Virus record (IMG/VR): IMGVR_UViG_3300020048_000013
Direction: 5' to 3' (one strand)
Origin: an uncultured virus (IMG/VR IMGVR_UViG_3300020048_000013)
Lineage: Duplodnaviria; Heunggongvirae; Uroviricota; Caudoviricetes
Length of the DNA: 64,000 nt
Shown: one piece after another, positions 1 through 8,054 of the stretch
Layout: the number at the start of each line of letters is the position of its first letter
Numbering within the stretch: position 1 is the stretch's first letter
The notes under the pieces: generated by a model
Database searches by the model: none
Seen by the model: only the letters and a program-made list of their open reading frames with translations
Told to the model about the DNA's origin: nothing
Position numbers and translations under genes: made by a program

Positions 1-16
1 TGTTAGTAACAATTTG

Positions 17-359
17 TGGACCTGAGGGGAGTTGAACCCCTGTCTTAATTTGCATCGTAAAAAACTTCTACACTTCATAGTTTGTTGTTTATACTGTTTT
101 TGAAACTCGAACAAACACGATTAACAAAACAGTGTCTTTTTCTCATCCTGTATATCAAAGACAAATTTTTACAGGTTCTCCACTTTAATGACAGCCTTCT
201 AATCCGTTGTGGAAGTAATACAGAAAAGAGACTGGTAACTTACGCTACGGCTCTATAAGAGTTTGCAATTATTGTTTGCCAGAAATTAACGACTTACTTG
301 CGTTGTCGGAAGTGCAATCTTAAACTTTGTTCAAACCAATCGAATGCCTGAACAAGCCC
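17..359 (-). ncRNA. ssrA: tmRNA; tag reading frame 266->240 encodes (A)ANSYRAVA*
   Basis: Minus strand starts GGGCTTGTTCAGGCATTCGA and ends GACAGGGGTTCAACTCCCCTCAGGTCCA; acceptor stem GGGCTTG/CAGGTCC with G3:U wobble; resume context ATAATT-GCA then AAC TCT TAT AGA GCC GTA GCG TAA. Confidence 0.93.
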
Positions 360-384
360 ATATATCAAAGAACTATTACAAATT

Positions 385-544
385 GTATTGCTGGTGGAAA
401 TTTTTGACTTTTCTGATTAGTTGATACATTAGGATATTCAACATCTTCACCAGTATTCACCCTTCGTGTGTTTAAGTTCACCGGTTCCTAACCATATATT
501 ACTTAAACATCTACACCATTTGACCTAACTCAAATTTGCAATAC
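385..544 (-). ncRNA. Unassigned ~160-nt structured RNA (A)
   Basis: Terminal helix GTATTGC/GCAATAC, internal GTTTAAGT/ACTTAAAC and TTAGG/CCTAA pairings; no ORF; lies between boxA-like spacers in the RNA cluster. Confidence 0.55.
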
Positions 545-574
545 TATTTATATTTTAAAGAACTAAAATTATTC

Positions 575-626
575 GGAATGCTATTATCCTGTTTTATGTA
601 GGTTTTATTTTTGCTGTTAGCATTCC
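575..626 (-). ncRNA. ACAGCAA stem-loop element
   Basis: GGAATGCTA-ACAGCAA...TAGCATTCC; begins 5 nt after tRNA-Met. Confidence 0.65.
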
Positions 627-631
627 TTTAG

Positions 632-702
632 TAGCGGGACCCAGATTCGAACTGGGAACGCTAGCTTATGAGGCTCGCAAGTTACCGTTACTATATCCCG
701 CC
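632..702 (-). tRNA. tRNA with CAT anticodon (Met, or Ile2)
   Basis: GGCGGGA/TCCCGCT acceptor stem, anticodon loop CTCATAA, T-arm CCCAG-TTCGAAT-CTGGG; CCA not encoded. Confidence 0.9.
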
Positions 703-729
703 ATTATATTTATATTTTAAAGAACATTC

Positions 730-816
730 GGAAAACTATTTATTCGCGCGAAGCTTTCGCTAGCACAAATTTGGAATCGAACCAAATTAACCATTTTATT
801 TTGCTGTTAGTTTTCC
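730..816 (-). ncRNA. ACAGCAA stem-loop element with an embedded tRNA-like T-arm (Y-RNA/YrlA-like architecture)
   Basis: GGAAAACTA-ACAGCAA...TAGTTTTCC closing stem; internal ATTTGG-TTCGATT-CCAAAT followed by a GAAA-capped helix. Confidence 0.65.
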
Positions 817-821
817 TTTCG

Positions 822-895
822 TACTCCCACGGGGACTTGAACCCCGACACTCGCCTTGAAGGGGCGAGACCCTAGACCAGTTAGGTGATGGGAGC
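822..895 (-). tRNA. tRNA-Glu(TTC)
   Basis: GCTCCCA/TGGGAGT acceptor stem, anticodon arm TCGCC-CCTTCAA-GGCGA, T-arm CGGGG-TTCAAGT-CCCCG. Confidence 0.9.
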
Positions 896-916
896 ATATT
901 TCAATGAACTTATTGT

Positions 917-945
917 AATATAAGAAAAAAATTAGGGTTTGTCAA
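917..945 (-). promoter_or_regulatory. Sigma70-type promoter for the downstream RNA genes
   Basis: TTGACA-N17-TATATT. Confidence 0.75.
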
Positions 946-1732
946 GTGATTTATTTTCTTTTATTCTATATCTACCACAACATTCTCTTGAACAAAACAT
1001 CGTTTCTTTTTCGTTTGTATATATTTTTTTACAATCTTTACATATTAATGTAAATTTTGGTTTATAACCATCATACAACTGTTCTAATTTATCATACTCA
1101 TAATGAGTTTTAACCCAATCAAATTCTGTCTGTAAATCTTCTTTAAACAACATTTTGAATTTATATCCGAGATTTTCTGTAGCTTCTTGTTTCTGTTTCA
1201 TTGTTTCTTTTGTTTTATCTGTTAAAAATCCTTTAATTTCTATAACTGTATTATCATCAAGAAAATCTGGGAAATACATATGTCTATTGTTGTATATTAT
1301 AGCCCCTTCATATCTTTTTACTTCTAACTTATGGTCTAATCTATAAATTACCCAAACCAACTCATAAGTAGAATCACATCTTATTCCTTTATAATATCCA
1401 TGTTTACTTCTACCAGAACCTCGTCTATATCCTCCGCAATGTTTATCTCGACATTCGCGAGAACAGCAGGTTCGAGTATTTTTAATAGTAGCATGCCATG
1501 TATTTTCACACCATTTACATTTTTTAAGAACTCTAATAGTTCTCAATCCTATGTTTTTGTTAGCAATTTTAACTTTTTCAGAATTTTTAGCAGATATAGA
1601 TTTTTTATTTAAAGTTTCTTCTGAAAATATTCTACTATTGGCGCATTTTCTAGAACAAAATTTTTTTGTGTATTTTTGTTTGTCGTTATTTTCAAATTCC
1701 ATATTACATTTTGGACAATTAATTAACGACAT
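932..1732 (-). CDS. Putative free-standing homing endonuclease (PD-(D/E)xK) with CxxC/CSRxC zinc-binding modules
   Basis: DSTYE...YFPDFLDDNTVIEIKG nuclease motif; three CSRxC repeats; located between two tRNA-Glu genes. Confidence 0.75.
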   Translation of the reverse strand: MSLINCPKCNMEFENNDKQKYTKKFCSRKCANSRIFSEETLNKKSISAKNSEKVKIANKNIGLRTIRVLKKCKWCENTWHATIKNTRTCCSRECRDKHCGGYRRGSGRSKHGYYKGIRCDSTYELVWVIYRLDHKLEVKRYEGAIIYNNRHMYFPDFLDDNTVIEIKGFLTDKTKETMKQKQEATENLGYKFKMLFKEDLQTEFDWVKTHYEYDKLEQLYDGYKPKFTLICKDCKKIYTNEKETMFCSRECCGRYRIKENKSLDKP

Positions 1733-1840
1733 TTCATTCCTTTTATTATTATTTATAAAAATAATTGAATAGTTGTTTATTTTGTTGAAAAAATTATTTT
1801 TCTTTAAAATATTTCTATGTAAATGAACGAATAAATTTTG

Positions 1841-1913
1841 TCATCCCAGGGGGGCTCGAACCCCACATTACCAAAGTGAAAGTCTGGTTTCCTACCAATT
1901 AGAAGATGGGATG
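1841..1913 (-). tRNA. tRNA-Glu(TTC), second divergent copy
   Basis: CATCCCA/TGGGATG acceptor stem, anticodon arm CCAGA-CTTTCAC-TTTGG, GGTTCGAGCC T-loop. Confidence 0.88.
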
Positions 1914-1922
1914 ATAATTTTC

Positions 1923-1988
1923 TGCATACTATTTGTCTTTTGGCACGGACTTTCGCCCGTAGATTTTTGTTTTTGCTGTGAGTATGCA
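1923..1988 (-). ncRNA. ACAGCAA stem-loop element
   Basis: TGCATACT-C-ACAGCAA...AGTATGCA, with inner ACGGGC-GAAA-GTCCGT hairpin. Confidence 0.65.
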
Positions 1989-2025
1989 AGGAGAGAAAAT
2001 ATATCAATGAACTATTTATAATATC

Positions 2026-2078
2026 GGGAAGCCTTTTTTTCTATTCCATTAGAAGTTTGAGTCTGCTGTATGCTTCCC
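2026..2078 (-). ncRNA. ACAGCA(G) stem-loop element
   Basis: GGGAAGC-AT-ACAGCAG...GCTTCCC. Confidence 0.6.
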
Positions 2079-2103
2079 TTTTATTTCAATCTCTTTAAAA
2101 TAT

Positions 2104-2278
2104 TTGGGTGGATTTTTCGATACATTGTGATACTAGGGTTTAATTAATATTCATATATCTGTCAGTAGCCGTTAGGCAAAATTTTGTTTGCAGTATGGAT
2201 TCCTATAGTATTTCGGCTTTGTTTCAGAATCCGACAGCCTTGATAACTAGTTATATGCACTAGAACTCAACCACCCAA
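2104..2278 (-). ncRNA. Unassigned ~175-nt rod-like RNA with an internal bubble (B); 6S-like shape
   Basis: TTGGGTGG/CCACCCAA terminal helix; ACTAG/CTAGT and CTGTC/GACAG helices flank an AT-rich bubble; first element after the 2315-2343 promoter. Confidence 0.55.
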
Positions 2279-2314
2279 TTTTAATTTATTCTTCTATTTC
2301 AATTAACAGACTGT

Positions 2315-2343
2315 AATGTAACACTTTTTTATTGCTTTGTCAA
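2315..2343 (-). promoter_or_regulatory. Sigma70-type promoter heading the RNA cluster
   Basis: TTGACA-N17-TACATT with extended -10 TG. Confidence 0.75.
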
Positions 2344-2346
2344 GGG

Positions 2347-2886
2347 TTATTTTAATTTTTTTACTTGATAATAAAAATAACCATCTTTTTCGATTTTATG
2401 TTTTTTAATTTCTCCTTCATGTGTATATCTATAGAAAGCTTCACCAATTTTCAAATAATAATAACTGCTTTTAGATAATATCTCTCTCCAAAAGGATTCA
2501 TTATTAATTTTTCTATTAAAACCAATATAGAATTCGCCATCTTTCATATCTTTTATATCGACAGGAGAAAATACTAAACTATTTGCTGAATTTTTTTCAA
2601 TACAAGTACTCCTCATTGTGAAAGGAATCATTGCCCACATGTCTCTGCCTTCAATTTTACAAAATCCGTTTGTATCTTTTATATTAAGATAAATAAACGA
2701 TTTTCCGCCAATATCAACTACCCAAAACATTCCAGCAGGAACTCTCATACGATCATCATAATGTCGTGTTTCTTTTTTTGGATTCATTTCATTGACTAAT
2801 GAAGTAAGTTCTCTAACTTTTTGAAAATGTGATTTTCCGTCATCAATAAGAATATTATTTACTATTCTTTCGTAATTTTTGTTCAT
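2347..2886 (-). CDS. Hypothetical protein
   Basis: 179-aa ORF with AAGGAG SD. Confidence 0.7.
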   Translation of the reverse strand: MNKNYERIVNNILIDDGKSHFQKVRELTSLVNEMNPKKETRHYDDRMRVPAGMFWVVDIGGKSFIYLNIKDTNGFCKIEGRDMWAMIPFTMRSTCIEKNSANSLVFSPVDIKDMKDGEFYIGFNRKINNESFWREILSKSSYYYLKIGEAFYRYTHEGEIKKHKIEKDGYFYYQVKKLK

Positions 2887-2907
2887 CGTAAACTCCTTTT
2901 TTGTTTT

Positions 2908-3297
2908 TTATTTATAATTATTTTTTCTAAATTCCAATTCGTCTGTAAACACTTTTTTAATAAAATCGGGCAATCTGGTTTGTGTTTTGATTATGTTTTC
3001 TATATGGTCTGTTTCCAAATCTTTTAATAAAATCCATTTCAATTTAGATTTTCCGGATTTTCCTCTTGTTCCCCAAGTAAAATTATCTCTAATTTTTTCG
3101 TGTGGATCGTCGGTATATATAGACAAATCTACTTCGTCTCCGTTCTGAATTCTGTGAATATAATCCAATCCGCCATCATTCATATAAGTATTTCCATTCT
3201 TATCTATATGATATTTGGCATCATGAGTAGAATATGATTCTAAAATTGTTCCGTCTGGAGTCATCATTTTATTTACTAACAGTTGTCTATAATCCAT
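2908..3297 (-). CDS. Hypothetical phage protein
   Basis: 129 aa, SD AAGGAG; DGGLDY and WGTRGK motifs. Confidence 0.75.
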   Translation of the reverse strand: MDYRQLLVNKMMTPDGTILESYSTHDAKYHIDKNGNTYMNDGGLDYIHRIQNGDEVDLSIYTDDPHEKIRDNFTWGTRGKSGKSKLKWILLKDLETDHIENIIKTQTRLPDFIKKVFTDELEFRKNNYK

Positions 3298-3312
3298 TTT
3301 AAAATCTCCTTT

Positions 3313-3675
3313 TTAACATCCGACCACTATTTCTTGTTTTATTGCTGATGGTTTTGTAAGATAATCGTAAAGTTTTTCGGCAGTACTGAAATCTATATCA
3401 TTTCCGTCTTTATCTGTAATCATTCCAGTTTTCCATTTCTTTCCATAATCCAATTCATACATAAAATATTCTATATCTGAACCATATTCTGCCGTTTTAG
3501 ATAAATCGAAAATATCATTCAATAAATCGACAACTATTCTTGATAATCTTCCGTTATTATAAGAAACAGCAAAACAATCAAAAGCTTTGCTGACTGCTTC
3601 GGCAAAATCCAAATCAATCTTTTCTTGTTCTTCCATTCTTTTCAATATAGTCACAAATTTATCTTTATTCATCAT
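3313..3675 (-). CDS. Hypothetical phage protein
   Basis: 120-aa ORF in a tightly packed run. Confidence 0.7.
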   Translation of the reverse strand: MMNKDKFVTILKRMEEQEKIDLDFAEAVSKAFDCFAVSYNNGRLSRIVVDLLNDIFDLSKTAEYGSDIEYFMYELDYGKKWKTGMITDKDGNDIDFSTAEKLYDYLTKPSAIKQEIVVGC

Positions 3676-3676
3676 T

Positions 3677-3880
3677 TTATTTATTCCATTTAAAACTTTT
3701 TTTCAACAATAAAGAAGTTAATACATCTATACCGATGGCTTGCCAAAAAGTTATTTCGTTTATACCATCAATTGATGGCACCAAACAACCATTCCATAAC
3801 CATTTCAAAACAAATCCAAATAAAATGAATAAAGATACAATGGCTATAATTTTTCCAATAAGAACTCCTAAATCAAACAT
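3677..3880 (-). CDS. Small membrane protein
   Basis: Two hydrophobic segments; WLWN...ITFWQA. Confidence 0.7.
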   Translation of the reverse strand: MFDLGVLIGKIIAIVSLFILFGFVLKWLWNGCLVPSIDGINEITFWQAIGIDVLTSLLLKKSFKWNK

Positions 3881-3882
3881 TT

Positions 3883-4068
3883 TTATTCCTCGTCATTTTC
3901 TTTAGTAGTAAAACTAACAGGACCGCCATCATCAACCATTTCAACCCAACAATTTTCGGGCATTACTATCACATTATACCCCATTCCTTCCAATTCTTTT
4001 TTCTGTTTTGTCAATTTCGTTTCGCTTATTAGATTAGATTCGTTTCTCAACACTAACAATTTTTTCAT
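3883..4068 (-). CDS. Hypothetical protein
   Basis: 61 aa, SD AAGGAG, downstream of promoter 4100-4128. Confidence 0.65.
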   Translation of the reverse strand: MKKLLVLRNESNLISETKLTKQKKELEGMGYNVIVMPENCWVEMVDDGGPVSFTTKENDEE

Positions 4069-4080
4069 ACAATTCTCCTT

Positions 4081-5010
4081 TTATTTAATTTCTTTCAGTA
4101 ATATACCAATATTTTTTTGTTTTGTCAAGACAATTTTATATGGTTGTTCATTTAAATTTACATATTTTTCCTGCATTCCTAATAAAACATTTCTTATATC
4201 CTGAACTGTATAGTCTTTAGATATTTTTATATTTAATTCTGGAGACCATTTATCAAAAAATCTTTTCCTTGCTTTATAGAAATCTCCGTCTTTATCTCTG
4301 TAATTATTTCGAAAACCAGCTATTGTAGAACTATTCGGTTTAGTATTATTTTCAAAATTATTATTCATATTCCAAAAATAATAAGTTTTAAATCCTTCTT
4401 TTAATAATGAGCATTGTAAATCTTTACCCATGCTAAATTTAATATCTTCGTCGTAATAAAATTCTTTATTGTCTAATTTTTTAAAATTTCTCATTATATA
4501 AAGAGCTTCAGGACAAGCTTTATCGGCAAGGTATAATACTGGATTTTTATGTTCCATTCTATACATCTTATTGATATAAATTAAAGAATTATCCTTTCTC
4601 AAACTATAATTACCCAATCCATACTGAACTGATATAGTACCTATTTTATAATCATTAAAAGCAGTTCTAATGTTCTGTTCATATACAGCAAGAAGCTGAA
4701 TATATTCCTGTGTAAGAATAACATCATCGTCTAAAAAGAGAGCATAATCTTCTGTTGTATCATAAAAATGTTTCTTGAGAATATTCCTTGCTAAGTTAGG
4801 TCTTTTGACTTCTTCTGATTTAATGTAGGTTATGTCGGGATGTATATAGTAATCAGTTTCTTCGTATTGTTGTGCAAGAATAACGATATTAAATTTTATT
4901 CCGAAAGACAAAATAGTTTTAAGCTGTTCCTGATGTTTGCTCTTTCGATAATTTCTCAAAGAAGGATTATCTCCAAACCATGATATTATGTATATATTAT
5001 GAATCAGCAT
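4081..5010 (-). CDS. GT-A fold glycosyltransferase; paralogue of the N-terminal domain of 8051-9754
   Basis: ALFLDDDVIL DxD motif; shares YIISWFGD, PNLARN and YI(M/F)RNFKKLDxKEFYYD with the 567-aa protein. Confidence 0.7.
   Translation of the reverse strand: MLIHNIYIISWFGDNPSLRNYRKSKHQEQLKTILSFGIKFNIVILAQQYEETDYYIHPDITYIKSEEVKRPNLARNILKKHFYDTTEDYALFLDDDVILTQEYIQLLAVYEQNIRTAFNDYKIGTISVQYGLGNYSLRKDNSLIYINKMYRMEHKNPVLYLADKACPEALYIMRNFKKLDNKEFYYDEDIKFSMGKDLQCSLLKEGFKTYYFWNMNNNFENNTKPNSSTIAGFRNNYRDKDGDFYKARKRFFDKWSPELNIKISKDYTVQDIRNVLLGMQEKYVNLNEQPYKIVLTKQKNIGILLKEIK
4100..4128 (-). promoter_or_regulatory. Sigma70-type promoter
   Basis: TTGACA-N17-TATATT. Confidence 0.7.
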
Positions 5011-5011
5011 A

Positions 5012-5548
5012 TTAACAATCCACAAATTCAATTATTAAAACATCATTTTTAATATTTCTAACAGAACCAAATCGAGTTTTATATCTTCTACCATATCTAT
5101 CAATAAATTTTAAAAGGGAATCTACCGAAACATCGAATACAGGCAATCCAAAATTTCGAACATCGTCGATTAGAATCACATGATTATATAAAGAATTACA
5201 TATAGCAAATAATTCCTGATATAATGGATTCTTACCATCATGATTTTGATCGGGTTGTTTGTGAGCATCCAACCAAAATAAAGCAGATTCCGTCAAATCT
5301 CCAACAACATTTTTAAAACAATCTCCACCAGAATCTCCTGTTATCAAATCTACGTTTTTATTGTCTTTGAATTTTATTCTATTTTTATTTTGTAATTTAG
5401 TTTCTATTTCGAACGATATTATTTTTTCAAATTTACATTCAATAGCTGCTTTAACACCGTCTCCAGAATGTGTTCCTGTTTCTATAAAAACATTTCTATT
5501 AAATTTACATTCAATAAAAAGATTACTTCTCGAATTTAATTCTTCCAT
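5012..5548 (-). CDS. Class I SAM-dependent methyltransferase-like protein
   Basis: FIETGTHSGDG, ISFE, GDS, FWLDAH, ILIDD motifs. Confidence 0.75.
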   Translation of the reverse strand: MEELNSRSNLFIECKFNRNVFIETGTHSGDGVKAAIECKFEKIISFEIETKLQNKNRIKFKDNKNVDLITGDSGGDCFKNVVGDLTESALFWLDAHKQPDQNHDGKNPLYQELFAICNSLYNHVILIDDVRNFGLPVFDVSVDSLLKFIDRYGRRYKTRFGSVRNIKNDVLIIEFVDC

Positions 5549-5555
5549 ATTTCTC

Positions 5556-6341
5556 CTATTTTTTTATAAGATGGCCTTTCTTTTTTAACCATTCTTCGCT
5601 TGGGCACGATTGTATACCCAAAGCATTATAATCGACTTTAATATTTAATTTATCAAATATGATATGATTATTCCATAACCATTTTCCCCTAGTTATTCCA
5701 TATCCATTACTTTCTCCCAGAATAAAAGGAACTGGTTTGAGAGGACTGTTTTCATAATCAAATGGATGCGGCAAAGAATATTTATGACAATAAAACAACT
5801 TGTTGGAAGATTTTTTAATCCTATTAGAACCTTTTATTTCAAAATCCCATGGATTTTCAGAAAAGTCTATAAAACTCATCAATATCTCTCTATTCCACAA
5901 TCCTTGAATAGAAAGTCTATAAATTAAATCTTTAGTTACTTCGAAATAATTATCATATTCACATTCTTTATAAGATCCCTTCAATTTTTTGAAATAAAAA
6001 CATGCTATATTTGGATTTTCATCCATCCATTTTTGACACTTATTCAACTCATTCTGATCCACATCATCCTGCAAAAAAAAATCTTCCAACATGAGAAAAA
6101 CATATTTTGTGTTAATGGCTGATAAATTATCATATAATTTTTCACTCCAAGAATAATTGTCTGCATATTTACTATTCAATATCTTTATATTCAAACCATC
6201 GTGAACATATTTTTTGGTTTCGGTACATAAAGCAACATCATAAGGACAATCTTTCCAGTATGTTTTAATGAGCTCAAAGAACGGAAACCAAACAGATTCA
6301 TAAGCATCGCAACTATTAACAAATAAAGTACAATTATTCAT
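5556..6341 (-). CDS. GT-A fold glycosyltransferase
   Basis: VNSCDAY...WSEKL...LMLEDFFL...PWDFE. Confidence 0.75.
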   Translation of the reverse strand: MNNCTLFVNSCDAYESVWFPFFELIKTYWKDCPYDVALCTETKKYVHDGLNIKILNSKYADNYSWSEKLYDNLSAINTKYVFLMLEDFFLQDDVDQNELNKCQKWMDENPNIACFYFKKLKGSYKECEYDNYFEVTKDLIYRLSIQGLWNREILMSFIDFSENPWDFEIKGSNRIKKSSNKLFYCHKYSLPHPFDYENSPLKPVPFILGESNGYGITRGKWLWNNHIIFDKLNIKVDYNALGIQSCPSEEWLKKKGHLIKK

Positions 6342-7099
6342 ATAATCTCCTTTGTAAATTATCCCAACCATCTAAAGAATCATTATTCAACGATTTTAAA
6401 ATTATTTCATATAATAATTTATAATTAGCTTCGTGACCATAAAAATAAAAAAATGTAGAATGTGCAGTAGACATATATGGATAATTTAAAAAATACTTTT
6501 TGAAATGACTATTATTTTTTAATACAGCATCAATTTCCAATTCGTCTTCAAAAAAATCTTTATAAATCGGATCACCAGAATATATTAAATCAGCATCAAA
6601 CTTACAATCTTTCAGATATTCAACAGAAGAAAAATATTTTGTATAATTCATTTCTTGAACTTTCGACCATACATGTTTGCTCTTTTTTTTATCTGTCATG
6701 ATACTGTTCTCATGCAATATTATTTTTGGAGAAAATGCCAAAACTTTTATTTCATTATTTATTTTATCCTGCAAATATTTTGCTAATAATAATGCAAATG
6801 TTCCAGATTTGGAACTACCAAATAAAAACAATTTATCAAATTTCAAAGTCATAATAGTTTGTAAAATTTCTTCACAAACATCTTCATAATCCAATATCAA
6901 ATATCCCATAACTTCTGGATGATTAGATGCTAAACTTAAATATGATTTATCATGTTGTCTGANNNNNNNNNNGTTGTCTGAAATCCATATCTGGTAATAT
7001 TATTCTATTTACTTTTCTACCAGACAAAAAAATAATTAAATCTTTATGTTTTTCATAATTTATAAGATCATACATTATGGAATTTAAATAATTAATCAT
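6334..7099 (-). CDS. Alpha/beta-hydrolase-like protein; ORF continues across the N gap
   Basis: FGSSKSG nucleophile-elbow-like motif, AFSP, late His; both gap flanks repeat TCAGACAAC and join in frame to ATG at 7099. Confidence 0.6.
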
Positions 7100-8054
7100 A
7101 ATTCAACTCTTTTAACAACAGATTAATTCTTATAGTATTTGTATGTTTATTTTCAAAATTTTTTCTTGCATTTTGTATAATTCTTTCTCGTTCTTTTTCG
7201 TTTTTTAAATAATACAATGTTTTTTCTTTCCAATTATTTTCATTTATTTCAACAAAAGTTTCGCCATCAACAAATCCTAATTTTTCTGATAAATATGGTT
7301 TGTCTGCCAAAGCTAAACATCCAGAAGACGCACATTCAAAATATTTTTTGATAGGATATTTATATTTCTCTGGAGCACCAAAAAGCATTATTTTTGTTTC
7401 TTGTAAAGTTTTTATATATTCTTCGCCAACTTTCAAAACCTTCTTTTTTTCTTCATCATAATTCACCAAAAAATTATTATCATATTTAGATGCTTTGTTT
7501 TTATTTCCAGTAATAATTTTAATATTATTTTTCTGAGAAAAATCATTTATTTCATTATTTATAGTCTGTCTCAATGAATAAAAATCGGTATTGGATCCGA
7601 AAATACAAACATCATATTTTTTATCATTATTTTGAAATTTATAAACTTTTTCGTCTAAAGACCAAGGAAAAAATATAATATTTTCATTTTTTAAAAATTT
7701 ATCACACATTGCTTTCGCAAATATTTTTTTAATATCCGATTCTTTCATATATTCATTCGAATTTTTTAATAAATTATAATTTTCGTGAAAATCGCTCAAA
7801 AACATATATTTATTCGGAAATTTTAAATTAAAAAATTCGCCACTATATACTATTCCCACATTATGATGACAAACAACAATATCAATAAAATTATCTTTAA
7901 TTATTTTTTCCATATAATTATTTTCTATATTATACTCGTGGTTTTTTCCATAAAAAAAAATATTAAAATGTTTTGAAAGTTCTTTGTTAAAAAGATTTTC
8001 ATAAATAGTAGCGGTACCTTCGAAATTTGTTCCAATCAATAGCATATTTTTCAT
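7092..8054 (-). CDS. GT-B glycosyltransferase (CgeB/Glyco_trans_1_2-like)
   Basis: KKYFECASSGCLALAD, GFVDGETFV, ERERIIQNA...KHT C-terminal signature. Confidence 0.85.
   Translation of the reverse strand: MKNMLLIGTNFEGTATIYENLFNKELSKHFNIFFYGKNHEYNIENNYMEKIIKDNFIDIVVCHHNVGIVYSGEFFNLKFPNKYMFLSDFHENYNLLKNSNEYMKESDIKKIFAKAMCDKFLKNENIIFFPWSLDEKVYKFQNNDKKYDVCIFGSNTDFYSLRQTINNEINDFSQKNNIKIITGNKNKASKYDNNFLVNYDEEKKKVLKVGEEYIKTLQETKIMLFGAPEKYKYPIKKYFECASSGCLALADKPYLSEKLGFVDGETFVEINENNWKEKTLYYLKNEKERERIIQNARKNFENKHTNTIRINLLLKELNYD

Noticed and set aside
517..530. GTTAGGTCAAA resembling the Bacillus 6S-1 product RNA start
   Set aside because: Only a short match recalled from memory, in an orientation that does not fit a 6S template; likely chance
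1804..2007. 67-aa minus-strand ORF
   Set aside because: Overlaps tRNA-Glu and an ACAGCAA element; not protein-like
575..2078. ACAGCAA elements as CRISPR repeats or plain terminators
   Set aside because: Irregular spacing, covarying rather than identical stems, large loops and no U-tract on the transcribed strand
6951..6982. Apparent direct repeat and gene break around the N run (also gaps at 19671-19680 and 30702-30711)
   Set aside because: 10-N scaffold joins; at 6963 the flanks overlap and the frame restores when merged, so not biological repeats or pseudogenes
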